Shown piece by piece: positions 24,470-37,120 of a DNA stretch of 64,000 bases (position 1 is the first letter of the stretch; the number at the start of each line of letters is the position of its first letter). The DNA is taken from contig NIVC01001426.1 in the NCBI GenBank assembly GCA_002269645.1, forward strand, positions 227,094-291,093, in the 5' to 3' direction. Below the pieces are notes generated by a model, which saw only the letters and a list, made by a program, of their open reading frames with translations, had not been told where the DNA came from and did not search any database. The DNA is from Macrostomum lignano. Lineage: Eukaryota. A program made the position numbers and the translations under genes.

Positions 24470-27400
24470 TTCTATGACTATTTACATGACGCTTCTATGA
24501 CTATTTACATGACGCTTCTATGACTGTTTACATGACGCTTCTATGACTGTTTACATGACGCTTCTATGACTGTTTACATGACGCTTCTATGACTATTTAC
24601 ATGACGCTTCTATGACTGTTTACATGACGCTTCCATGACTATTTACATGACGCTTCTATGACTGTTTACATGACGCTTCTATGACTATTTACATGACGCT
24701 TCTATGACTGTTTACATGACGCTTCCATGACTATTTACATGACGCTTCTATGACTGTTTACATGACGCTTCTATGACTGTTTACATGACGCTTCTATGAC
24801 TGTTTACATGACGCTTCTATGACTATTTACATGACGCTTCTATGACTGTCTACATGACGCTTCTATGACTGTTTACATGACGCTTCTATGACTATTTACA
24901 TGACGCTTCTATTACTGTTTACATGACGCTTCCATGACTATTTACATGACGCTTCTATGACTGTTTACATGACGCTTCTATGACTGTTTACATGACGCTT
25001 CTATGACTGTTTACATGACGCTTCTATGACTATTTACATGACGCTTCTATGACTGTTTACATGACGCTTCTATGATTGTTTACATGACGCTTCTATGACT
25101 GTTTACATGACGCTTCCATGACTATTTACATGACGCTTCTATGACTGTTTACATGACGCTTCTATGACTATTTACATGACGCTTCTATGACTGTTTACAT
25201 GACGCTTCCATGACTATTTACATGACGCTTTTATGACTGTTTACATGACGCTTCTATGACTGTTTACATGACGCTTCTATGACTGTTTACATGACGCTTC
25301 TATGACTATTTACATGACGCTTCTATGACTGTCTACATGACGCTTCTATGACTGTTTACATGACGCTTCTATGACTATTTACATGACGCTTCTATTACTG
25401 TTTACATGACGCTTCCATGACTATTTACATAACGCTTTTATGACTGTTTACATGACGCTTCTATGACTGTTTACATGACGCTTCTATGACTGTTTACATG
25501 ACGCTTCTATGATTGTTTACATGACGCTTCTATGATTGTTTACATGACGCTTCTATGACTGTTTACATGACACTTCCATGACTATTTACATGACGCTTCT
25601 ATGATTGTTTACATGACGCTTCTATGATTGTTTACATGACGCTTCTATGACTATTTACATGACGCTTCTATGACTGTTTACATGACGCTTCTATGATTGT
25701 TTACATGACGCTTCTATGATTGTTTACATGACGCTTCTATGACTGTTTACATGACGCTTCTTTGACTGTTTACATGACGCTTCTATGACTGTTTACATGA
25801 CGCTTCTATGATTTTCTAAATGACGCTTCTATGATGGTTTACATGACGCTTCTATGACTGTTTACATGACACTTCCATGACTATTTACATGACGCTTCTA
25901 TGATTGTTTACATGACGCTTCTATGATTGTTTACATGACGCTTCTATGACTATTTACATGACGCTTCTATGACTGTTTACATGACGCTTCTATGATTGTT
26001 TACATGACGCTTCTATGATTGTTTACATGACGCTTCTATGACTGTTTACATGACGCTTCTATGACTGTTTACATGACGCTTCTATGACTGTTTACATGAC
26101 GCTTCTATGATTTTCTAAATGACGCTTCTATGATGGTTTACATGACGCTTCTATGATTGTTTACATGACGCTTCTATGATTGTTTACATGACGCTTCTAT
26201 GATTGTTTACATGACGCTTCTATGATTGTTTACATGACGCTTCTATGACTGTTTACATGACGCTTCTATGATTGTTTACATGACTCTTCTATGATTGTTT
26301 ACATGACGCTTCTATGCTTGTTTACATGACGCTTCTATGGTTTTTTTATGACGCTTCTATGATTTTTGCATGACGCTTCCATGATTTTTTACATGACGCA
26401 TTAATGGTTTTTTCATGTCACTTCTATGATTTTTTCATGACGCTTCTATGATTTTTTACATTACGCTTCTATGATTTTTCATGTCACTTCGATGATTTTT
26501 TATGACGCTTCTATGATTTTTTATGACGCTATTTTGACTTTTACATGACGCTTCTATGATTGTTTACATGACGCTTCTATGATTTTTTAAATGACGCTAC
26601 TATGATTGTTTGCATGACGCTTCTATGATTTTTACATGACGCTACTATGATTGTTTGCATGACGCTTCTATGATTTTTAATGACGCTACTATGATTGTTT
26701 ACATGACGGTTCTATGATTTTTACATGACGCTTCTATGATTTTTTCATGACGCTTCTATGATTTTTGCATGACGCTTCTATGATTATTACATGACGCTTT
26801 TATTTTTTTTTCATGACGCTTCCATGATTTTTTCATGACGCTTCAATGATTTTTTATGACGCTTTTTTGACTTTTACATGACGCTTCTATGATTGTTTGC
26901 ATGACGCTTCTATGATTGTTTACATGACGCTTCTATGATTTTTTCATGACGCTTCTATGATTTTTTACATGACGCTTCTATGATTTTTTACATTACACTT
27001 CCATGATTTTTATATAACGCTTTTACGATTTTTACATGGCGATTCTATGATTGTTTACATGACGCTTCTATGATTTTTTACATGACGCTTCTATGATTTT
27101 TTCATGACGCTTCTATGATTTTTTACATGACGCTTCTATGATTGTTTACATGACGCTTCTATGATTTTTTACATTACGCTTCTATGATTTTTATATAACG
27201 CTTTTACGATTTTTTACATGGCGCTTCTATGATTTTTTACATGGCGCTTCTATGATTTTTTACATGACGCTTCTATGATTTTTTACATTACACTTCCATG
27301 ATTTTTATATAACGCTTTTACGATTTTTACATGGCGATTCTATGATTGTTTACATGACGCTTCTATGATTTTTTACATGACGCTTCTATGATTTTTTCAT

Positions 27401-30168
27401 GACGCTTCTATGATTTTTTACATGACGCTTCTATGATTGTTTACATGACGCTTCTATGATTTTTTACATTACGCTTCTATGATTTTTTCATGTCACTTCG
27501 ATGATTTTTTATGACGCTTCTATGATTTTTTATGACGCTATTTTGACTTTTACATGACGCTTCTATGATTGTTTACATGACGCTTCTATGATTTTTTAAA
27601 TGACGCTACTATGATTGTTTGCATGACGCTTCTATGATTTTTACATGACGCTACTATGATTGTTTGCATGACGCTTCTATGATTTTTAATGACGCTACTA
27701 TGATTGTTTACATGACGGTTCTATGATTTTTACATGACGCTTCTATGATTTTTTCATGACGCTTCTATGATTTTTGCATGACGCTTCTATGATTATTACA
27801 TGACGCTTTTATTATTTTTTCATGACGCTTCCATGATTTTTTCATGACGCTTCTATGATTTTTTATGACGCTTTTTTGACTTTTACATGACGCTTCTATG
27901 ATTGTTTGCATGACGCTTCTATGATTGTTTACATGACGCTTCTATGATTTTTTCATGACGCTTCTATGATTTTTTACATGACGCTTCTATGATTGTTTAC
28001 ATGACGCTTCTATGACTGTTTACATGACGCTTCCATGACTATTTACATGACGCTTCTATGACTGTTTACATGACGCTTCTATGACTATTTACATGACGCT
28101 TCTATGACTGTTTACATGACGCTTCCATGACTATTTACATGACGCTTTTATGACTGTTTACATGACGCTTCTATGATTGTTTACATGACGCTTCTATGAC
28201 TGTTTACATGACGCTTCTATGACTATTTACATGACGCTTCTATGACTGTCTACATGACGCTTCTATGACTGTTTACATGACGCTTCTATGACTATTTACA
28301 TGACGCTTCTATTACTGTTTACATGACGCTTCCATGACTATTTACATGACGCTTCTATGACTGTTTACATGACGCTTCTATGACTGTTTACATGACGCTT
28401 CTATGACTGTTTACATGACGCTTCTATGATTGTTTACATGACGCTTCTATGATTGTTTACATGACGCTTCTATGACTGTTTACATGACACTTCCATGACT
28501 ATTTACATGACGCTTCTATGATTGTTTACATGACGCTTCTATGATTGTTTACATGACGCTTCTATGACTATTTACATGACGCTTCTATGACTGTTTACAT
28601 GACGCTTCTATGATTGTTTACATGACGCTTCTATGATTGTTTACATGACGCTTCTATGACTGTTTACATGACGCTTCTATGACTGTTTACATGACGCTTC
28701 TATGACTGTTTACATGACGCTTCTATGATTTTCTAAATGACGCTTCTATGATGGTTTACATGACGCTTCTATGACTGTTTACATGACACTTCCATGACTA
28801 TTTACATGACGCTTCTATGATTGTTTACATGACGCTTCTATGATTGTTTACATGACGCTTCTATGACTATTTACATGACGCTTCTATGACTGTTTACATG
28901 ACGCTTCTATGATTGTTTACATGACGCTTCTATGATTGTTTACATGACGCTTCTATGACTGTTTACATGACGCTTCTATGACTGTTTACATGACGCTTCT
29001 ATGACTGTTTACATGACGCTTCTATGATTTTCTAAATGACGCTTCTATGATGGTTTACATGACGCTTCTATGATTGTTTACATGACGCTTCTATGATTGT
29101 TTACATGACGCTTCTATGATTGTTTACATGACGCTTCTATGATTGTTTACATGACGCTTCTATGACTGTTTACATGACGCTTCTATGATTGTTTACATGA
29201 CTCTTCTATGATTGTTTACATGACGCTTCTATGCTTGTTTACATGACGCTTCTATGGTTTTTTTATGACGCTTCTATGATTTTTGCATGACGCTTCCATG
29301 ATTTTTTACATGACGCATTAATGGTTTTTTCATGTCACTTCTATGATTTTTTCATGACGCTTCTATGATTTTTTACATTACGCTTCTATGATTTTTTCAT
29401 GTCACTTCGATGATTTTTTATGACGCTTCTATGATTTTTTATGACGCTACTATGATTGTTTACATGACGGTTCTATGATTTTTACATGACGCTTCTATGA
29501 TTTTTTCATGACGCTTCTATGATTTTTGCATGACGCTTCTATGATTATTACATGACGCTTTTATTATTTTTTCATGACGCTTCCATGATTTTTTCATGAC
29601 GCTTCTATGATTGTTTACATGACGGTTCTATGATTTTTACATGACGCTTCTATGATTTTTTCATGACGCTTCTATGATTTTTGCATGACGCTTCTATGAT
29701 TATTACATGACGCTTTTATTATTTTTTCATGACGCTTCCATGATTTTTTCATGACGCTTCAATGATTTTTTATGACGCTTTTTTGACTTTTACATGACGC
29801 TTCTATGATTGTTTGCATGACGCTTCTATGATTGTTTACATGACGCTTCTATGATTTTTTCATGACGCTTCTATGATTTTTTACATGACGCTTCTATGAT
29901 TTTTTACATTACACTTCCATGATTTTTATATAACGCTTTTACGATTTTTACATGGCGATTCTATGATTGTTTACATGACGCTTCTATGATTTTTTACATG
30001 ACGCTTCTATGATTTTTTCATGACGCTTCTATGATTTTTTACATGACGCTTCTATGATTGTTTACATGACGCTTCTATGATTTTTTACATTACGCTTCTA
30101 TGATTTTTATATAACGCTTTTACGATTTTTTACATGGCGCTTCTATGATTTTTTACATGGCGCTTCTT
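24470..30168. repeat. 5.7-kb 23-bp satellite (TTTACATGACGCTTCTATGACTG) inside the Helitron
   Basis: Period 23, about 245 units, with higher-order duplications. Confidence 0.97.
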
Positions 30169-31476
30169 TTTAAAAAGTCTTTTAGTTTTCCTGACGTTGA
30201 AAAGCTTTAATTAAAAAAATTATACTCTATGAAAATTCGAACCATCGTCGCTGCATTTAGCAGTTCAGTCTGTTCACCTCTAGGCTAGCTCTCATCGTTT
30301 TGATAACATCAAATTTTGCACTTATATAATTCAACACTTTAAAATCCAAGCATAGAGTAAATCACACGAAGCAGTTATGACATAATCAGTTTCTCAGTCA
30401 GTCAGTATCAGTTAACAATATGGTTACGCAATTTAAATCAAGTCTGGTGCTACGCTTCCACACTGCATTTTCAATTTAAGTCGGAGTTACAATTCAGTGA
30501 TGATGCAATCTATTTCAGAATCAGAATTCAACCAGTCAGTTTTTTCTCTAGCATTCTTACAATGCATTTCAAGTCGAAATAGCTGCTTGACCTTTGCAAA
30601 AAAGCATGTTTTTCGAATATTTAATGCCTTTAGCATCGAGCAATTTCTTAGCCACGATGCATGTACCGTCACGGGAAAATTTCTGATCGAACAGTGCAAG
30701 GTCGAACAAAATCGGTCCAGCCATTTTTTCTCTAATCTATCACATATATATAGACATCACATTTTTAGTATATAGGATGTTTAAACTACACATTTTTAGT
30801 TTCCTTTTGCAATTTGTTTTAAAAAATCGACCATAGACTATGTACTTTTCAGATCTCTCTTTTAGATATCCTTCCTGCCTTGAATGCAACGTCTATAGAT
30901 CTCGCACTGGCTTGTGTACTTAGCAATCTTTCTCGCAGTAGTCGCAGGTGGAGACTTGTTCGAGTTAAACCTCAGCAGGTCAGGGTTCCGATGTGCAATA
31001 GCGATCGATCCTTGAGATTCCTGCAGTTAGCTACTACGAGTACCTGTTAATTTAAAGCACTTCGAAACCAATTAACAAGCTGCAATTATCTATAGATTAT
31101 AAAGTGGTTATTGGTTTCGAAACGTCCTAGATTTCTAGTTTCTCCAGCAACTGCTACTTGTAGTAGTTAAACTATTTTTTACTAAATACCCTGTATGAGT
31201 TTTTCTGTGTACCAGCTAAGCTTTTGCACGTTCTTTCCTATTTAAATTTTCGCGCTATCATAAATTCTTTATACTGCCGTGTCCACGAGTGCTCGCGCAC
31301 TGGACACAAAAACTTTATTTTATTCTAAGCTGACTCGAGTTTTGCTTTCATTAGACCGAAAGTTCACAACGCCGAAACACCTTATAATTAGCTCAGAAAA
31401 GCAAACCTCACGATGAGCTATCATGCACTCAAGTACGGTGACGTCATTAGACTTAGGAAAATCAGCTGTTGGTAGT

Positions 31477-32290
31477 TCATTGTATTAGCCTTTCCCGAAT
31501 ATGAACTGTGAGCAGAACAGGGCTGCTGCTCCGAGCAGTCAGTGAGTAGCCAAAGATGTCACACAGTTGAAATCTAATGCCATGTGGAAAATTAGCTTTC
31601 TGAATTGGGAAGAAAATTGCTTTCTTAAACACTTTGCTCATGTAGCTGCCCCATTCGACATCGGATGACATGCTCACAGTTCGCAACACGGAGTTCCAGT
31701 TGCAGTTTGTTCGCTCCACAATGCTGCAGTGCAAGTTGATCAGGTTGATGGGCGGACAACCGATGCAGCAGAATGACACTTGCCGTCCAGGTGGGATCTT
31801 CACAGGCTGGTTTCCGAATCCCAGCCACTGCAGAATATTACTTGATGGAAGGAACAATTCTGCTCGAGCCGTGTTGTTGAGCACTACCGTTCTCAACTCT
31901 TGGATTTCAAACTTTATGCCAATATCTCTAGTGCTGCTCCGCCCCATTAAACCGGACTCATCAGCTTCCATTTCAGACTCCCTGTCGCTCGTTGCATCGA
32001 AGAACAGTGACTCAGAGTTGGCCATCAGCTCATTCATGCGCTCAACCAGTTCCTCCACTCTAGCAAAGCGTCCGAGGTTGAAGAACCAGGGTCTCATGCT
32101 CTCTTCCATCTGAGACAGTGAAGCAGTAAGGCTCGTCAACATTGAACCATGCAGCAGGCAGATGGATTTCAGCCAGACTTGCCTCAGTCCACATTTTGAT
32201 CCAAGAAAATAGGTGAAGGCAGGTGAAAATGAAAGTCACTAGGAGTACCTTCGGCATTTTCACTGCTAATGATGATGCCTCTCATAATTG
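31477..32290 (-). pseudogene. Polinton/Maverick minor capsid (penton)-like gene, frameshifted
   Basis: Pieces SDFHFHLPSPIFL / SLAEIHLPAAWFNV / GRFARVEELVERMN / LHCSIVE...VLRTV...G...F...FFPI...IRFQLCDIFG...LTVHIR resemble the Polinton penton pattern as recalled; at least two frameshifts. Confidence 0.65.
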
Positions 32291-33212
32291 GGAATGGCTG
32301 CACAATGTCGGTATCTTGCACTTTTCTTAAGTCCTTCTCATCCACCCAGTCAGTGGAGTTGTAGCCGGCCCACTTGACGAGATATCGGATCTTACCCTTT
32401 CACTTCTCAGTCTTCAGAACCTTCTCGATTGCATACAGCCGCTGCGAGTCCGGAACAGCTTGCAGCTCATGCTCGTGGAAGAGGCCTCGAATGTTTTCCC
32501 CCTTCATGTCTCGAATCCTGTACATGTAGGGATAATGCTTTGGTGCCCTAGACACCATGGTGTACACCTCCTGGCTCCAGTTCGCCTTGTATCCCTTCTT
32601 GAAGAGTCTGGGTGCATTGGAAGTCCGCACTGATTGGTTTTCACAGAACTTCGATTTTCTCAGTTCTCAACTGTCTCAATCGCTTTCCCATCATTAAGGT
32701 TCATCCACACTTCAGTCTCGTTTGCTTTGCTGACATTCATTGGCGCAGTCTTGATGCTTCTGTGGAAAGTATTGTTATAGGACTTGACCAGTTTAGGCAG
32801 CACATCAAGCCATTGTAGAGTGCTGTTGTGAGTAAAGTAACGCCACATCTTGCTTTTTAAAGTTCGGTTCCATCTTTCAATGATGGCTGCTTTTTGCTCA
32901 CTGCTAGTTGGAAACGCCAGAATCTCCCGGTCCATGCAGAACTGGCAAAAAATTGCATAGACCCTGATCTGTGCGGACAGTGCGCGGCTGCCGCTTTGAG
33001 CTCTTCAGCATGCTCTCAAACGCAGATTTTACTTCTGCCGCGCTCTTAGACTTCAGTGCTCTGGCCATTGCAAATTTAGATAAAACATCAATGCAGGTGA
33101 GAATGTATTTATGCCCTGCGGCAGAGTCCACCAATGCATTTACATAGGCGCTATGTTTACACACTATAGGCCCGTGGTTTTCCCACGGAAATTCCTGCGA
33201 CAGAGTCCACAT
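32290..33212 (-). pseudogene. Polinton-type retroviral-like integrase with C-terminal chromodomain, degraded
   Basis: YILTCIDVLSKFA...TVRTDQG; KAAIIERWNRTLKSKMWRYF...SYNNTFHRSIKTAP; FKKGYKANWSQEVY; after an in-frame TGA, KGKIRYLVKWAGYNSTDWVDEKDL (chromodomain). Confidence 0.85.
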
Positions 33213-33227
33213 TTCCCCTACTACTAG

Positions 33228-33356
33228 CTATAGCAATTAAACACCCGGCTATAGCAATTAAACACCCGGCTATAGCAATTAAACACCCGGCTATAGCAAT
33301 TAAACACCCGGCTATAGCAATTAAACACCCGGCTATAGCAATTAAACACCCGGCTA
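33228..33356. repeat. 21-bp tandem repeat (GCTATAGCAATTAAACACCCG) x6
   Basis: Read directly. Confidence 0.95.
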
Positions 33357-33729
33357 GAAAACTTTGTAAACCCTGCTATCGACAATGACACTTGCTACTA
33401 ATAATAGAATTTATCTTTGCGAAGAAAGTTTTCAAAATTATCTTTATTACTATTAGTAGCTTTAGGAAAACAAAATTATCGATGAGTACGGTACGAGCTA
33501 ACACTAACATGTACAAGGACTTGAATAAAATAGAAAAATAATTTCTTGCAGGTATGAGAACTAACGTGAATTGTAAAGAAAAACTGAAATTTATTGCTAT
33601 ATTTTTTATACATATGTAACCAATGAAGTTGCAAAAATCTTAAAAAAACTATCGCAGTGTATAGGTAATTTTTCTCAACTTTCAGCTGTAATAATCGTTG
33701 AATAATAATTGATTACACCTTCCCCTGAT

Positions 33730-33990
33730 TGGGCCAGATGTGCAACCGACAGCTCAGCCGCAGCTATTTGCGCCGCGCATCTGAAGGCTGCGTACGGCTG
33801 TTCAGTCCAAGGACTGGGGGCCGCCACTCACACCCTCAATTACCCCAGCTAATGCGTGCACCCATTTTACAGCTGGGTGAACTGAACCTATACAGAGTTA
33901 AGTGTCTTTCTCAGGGACACAAATCTTTGGAACTGGGAATCGAACCCCCGACCTTCAAGTCGCGAGTCCGACGGTTTAACTACTATGATT
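33730..33990 (-). mobile_element. tRNA-derived SINE with CORE-like central domain
   Basis: A/B-box-like head (GGTTCGATTCC) and GTGTCCxTGAG-AAGACACTT...CAGCTGTAAAATGGG centre; several copies in the window. Confidence 0.8.
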
Positions 33991-34339
33991 TGAAAAACTT
34001 CGCACAATTCAACAGTGTAGTGTTGAAGGTGTCTTGGAGTATTGGAGGTGTACTGTGGGTGTCCATTTATTTTTAAATATTCAATACTTATTGCTAAATG
34101 CTAAGATACTGAATTTAAAACTCTTATTTCAACTTATTATTTTGCATGAAATCTATCGAAATTCAGAACAGCGAATAAAATAAGTCGTGATCACTTGAGC
34201 CAAAATATTTTCACAAGGTTTGACAGTAGAAAAGTGTTTTTACTTTCCGAAGATTGATAAAATGAAAGTTCTTTCTAAATTTCATTTTTTCAAAAAATTT
34301 ATCTTTTCCTAAACCAATTAATATTGTTTCAGATTAGTC

Positions 34340-35880
34340 TCAGCCCTTGACCAGCTTGACCCAGTCAGACCCTGACCAACTTGACCCACTCAGCCCTGAC
34401 CAGCTTGACCCACTCAGCCCCTGACCAGCTTGACCCACTCAGCTCCTGACAAGCTTGACCCACTCAGCCCCTGACAAGCTTGACCCACTCAGCCCCTGAC
34501 CAGCTTGACCCACTCAGCCCCTGACCAGCTTGACCCACTCAGCCCCTGACCAGCTTGACCCACTCAGCCCCTGACCAGCTTGACCCAGTCAGACCCTGAC
34601 CAACTTGACCCACTCAGCCCCTGACCAGCTTGACCCACTCAGCCCCTGACCAGCTTGACCCACTCAGCCCCTGACCAGCTTGACCCACTCAGCCCCTGAC
34701 CAGCTTGACCCACTCAGCCCCTGACCAGCTTGACCCACTCAGCCCCTGACCAGCTTGACCCACTCAGACCCTGACCAGCCTGACCCACTCAGACCCTGAC
34801 CAGCTTGACCCACTCAGCCCCTGACCAGCTTGACCCACTCAACCCCTGACCAGCTTGACCCACTCAGACCCTGACCAGCTTGACCCACTCAGCCCCTGAC
34901 CAGCTTGACCCACTCAGCCCTGACCAGCCTGACCCACTCAGCCCCTGACCAGCCTGACCCACTCAGCCCCTGACCAACTTGACCCACTCAGACCCTGACC
35001 AGCCTGACCCACTCAGAACCTGACCAGCTTGACCCACTCAGACCCTGACCAGCTTGACCCACTCAGACCCTGACCAGCTTGACCCACTCAGACCCTGACC
35101 AGCTTGACCCACTCAGACCCTGACCAGCCTGACCCACTCAGCCCCGACCAGCTTGACCCACTCAGCCCTGACCAGCTTGACCCACTCAGCCCCTGACCAG
35201 CTTGACCCACTCAGCCCCTGACCAGCCTGACCCACTCAGACCCTGACCAGCCTGACCCACTCAGCCCCTGACCAGCCTGACCCACTCAGCCCCTGACCAG
35301 CCTGACCCACTCAACCCCTGACCAGCTTGACCCACTCAGACCCTGACCAGCTTGACCCACTCAGCCCCTGACCAGCTTGACCCACTCAGCCCCTGACCAG
35401 CCTGACCCACTCAGCCCCTGACCAGCCTGACCCACTCAGCCCCTGACCAACTTGACCCACTCAGACCCTGACCAGCCTGACCCACTCAGAACCTGACCAG
35501 CTTGACCCACTCAGACCCTGACCAGCTTGACCCACTCAGACCCTGACCAGCTTGACCCACTCAGACCCTGACCAGCTTGACCCACTCAGACCCTGACCAG
35601 CCTGACCCACTCAGCCCCCGACCAGCTTGACCCACTCAGCCCCTGACCAGCTTGACCCACTCAGCCCCTGACCAGCTTGACCCACTCAGCCCCTGACCAG
35701 CCTGACCCACTCAGACCCTGACCAGCCTGACCCACTCAGCCCCTGACCAGCCTGACCCACTCAGCCCCTGACCAGCCTGACCCACTCAGCCCCTGACCAG
35801 CCTGACCCACTCAGCCCCTGACCAGCCTGACCCACTCAGCCCTGACCAGCCTGACCCACTCAGCCCCTGACCAGCTTGAC
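34340..35880. repeat. 25-bp minisatellite (GACCAGCTTGACCCACTCAGCCCCT), about 60 units
   Basis: Period 25 read directly. Confidence 0.95.
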
Positions 35881-36782
35881 CAAGTCCAGGCTGCTCTCGA
35901 TTTTCGGGTCGACCGGAGCGTCGGCGAACTGCAGCAGGCGGCAGGCGGCCAGCCGGCTGTTGTACGCAGAGCGCTGCGGCACCTGCTGCCACACAGGGAG
36001 GCTCGTATCAGGCAGGCTTTCAGCGAGTCCACCGGCTGCAGCTCATCGTAGCAGTAGTAAGTGTCGTTCCGGGTTCGATCTTGAACTCAGCTGGAGTCCA
36101 GCAGCCGGCTGACTTGGTTGCGGCAGGCGGCTCCACGAACTGGCAGACGAAGCCGAGCAAATGGCTGCAGGCTCAGTCGCCGAGGCTCCGAGTAGATTGT
36201 CACCAAGAAAACTGCCGACCAAATCCCAGAGAGCACAGTACGTCAGATGCGTGGGTACGCTTGGGGTAGGATTCAAGACTTTTTTTTAGCTGAGTAGGAA
36301 GTCTTTTGAGAGCGCCTGAGGCCCCCTTTCAGTAGCGCGGGCTCTTAATAAAAAAATGTTTGAGGAAATTCTTTCCTGCGAAGAGAGTGTATAGGACAGG
36401 TTTTTGTTGCTATTGGTTACAGAGCTTTTAGGTGAATGCTGTTCCTAAATTATATGACAAATTTCCATAGCGGACTCCATGAGAAAATGATACTGGCACA
36501 TAGCAGTAGGGGCAGGTGGGCTAGGAGAAGTCAACACAGACTCCCAGTACTCGTCATCGGCGTGTTACTTACAAAAAATTAGCCTTCGTCTCTCTCCCAA
36601 CTTTTATGCAATCATTCAATACTTTATGTCTATACCAGCTCTTGATGTTTAACTTCTTAGCCTATCTACGATTTGGAAATGTTGGAAATATATATTTTGT
36701 ATTTTTTGAATATTTGATAGGCAGTCAAATTTTTCATTAGGAACGGGACTTTAAGTGACATTGTCGCACAGTCGGCGACACG

Positions 36783-36842
36783 CAACGCGAATCGAACCCC
36801 CGACTTTCCAGTCGTGAGTCCGACGCTCTAACCACTAGGCTA
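36783..36842 (-). mobile_element. SINE head fragment
   Basis: Matches the tRNA-like head of the copies at 33730, 48650 and 61495. Confidence 0.7.
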
Positions 36843-37120
36843 TAATCTCTACATAATCCCTCAACAGACGGGTTTACACAACACTGTAAATGTACTCTGC
36901 ATTTCCTATACCTGCCCATCATTGGTAGGCCAATGCTAGATGGGGTTGAAGACCTCATGAAAGATCTTACGGACAGAAAGATAGTTTGTTAGAAAGCCTA
37001 ACAACAAATAGTTGCTAAGGCCTAGTTGGGGCGAAGCCTTTCTTAAACTAAGCCTACTCTTCTCTTTTCAGCTGATAGACAGACAGCCCAACTCAGCTCT
37101 AATTGCAGCCCCTGCTCGTC

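Larger units (their letters stand above)
10646..30777 (-). mobile_element. ~20.1 kb autonomous-type Helitron carrying RepHel, RPA-like and a third gene
   Basis: 5' end A|TCCTATATACTAAAAATG at 30777; 3' end hairpin GCTCCCC-aac-GGGGGGC (10674-10658), 8 nt, then CTAG (10649-10646). Flanked by A and T. It encloses a RepHel gene in the same orientation. Pairing these two termini is inferred; no same-orientation terminus was seen between them. Confidence 0.8.

Noticed and set aside
24470-30168. CRISPR-like regular 23-bp repeats (also 215-2705 and 34340-35880)
   Set aside because: No unique spacers, no cas genes, eukaryotic context: these are satellites.
35880-36270. GC-rich coding-like segment fused to the 25-bp array
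   Set aside because: No sustained frame or recognisable motif; left unassigned pending tBLASTx.
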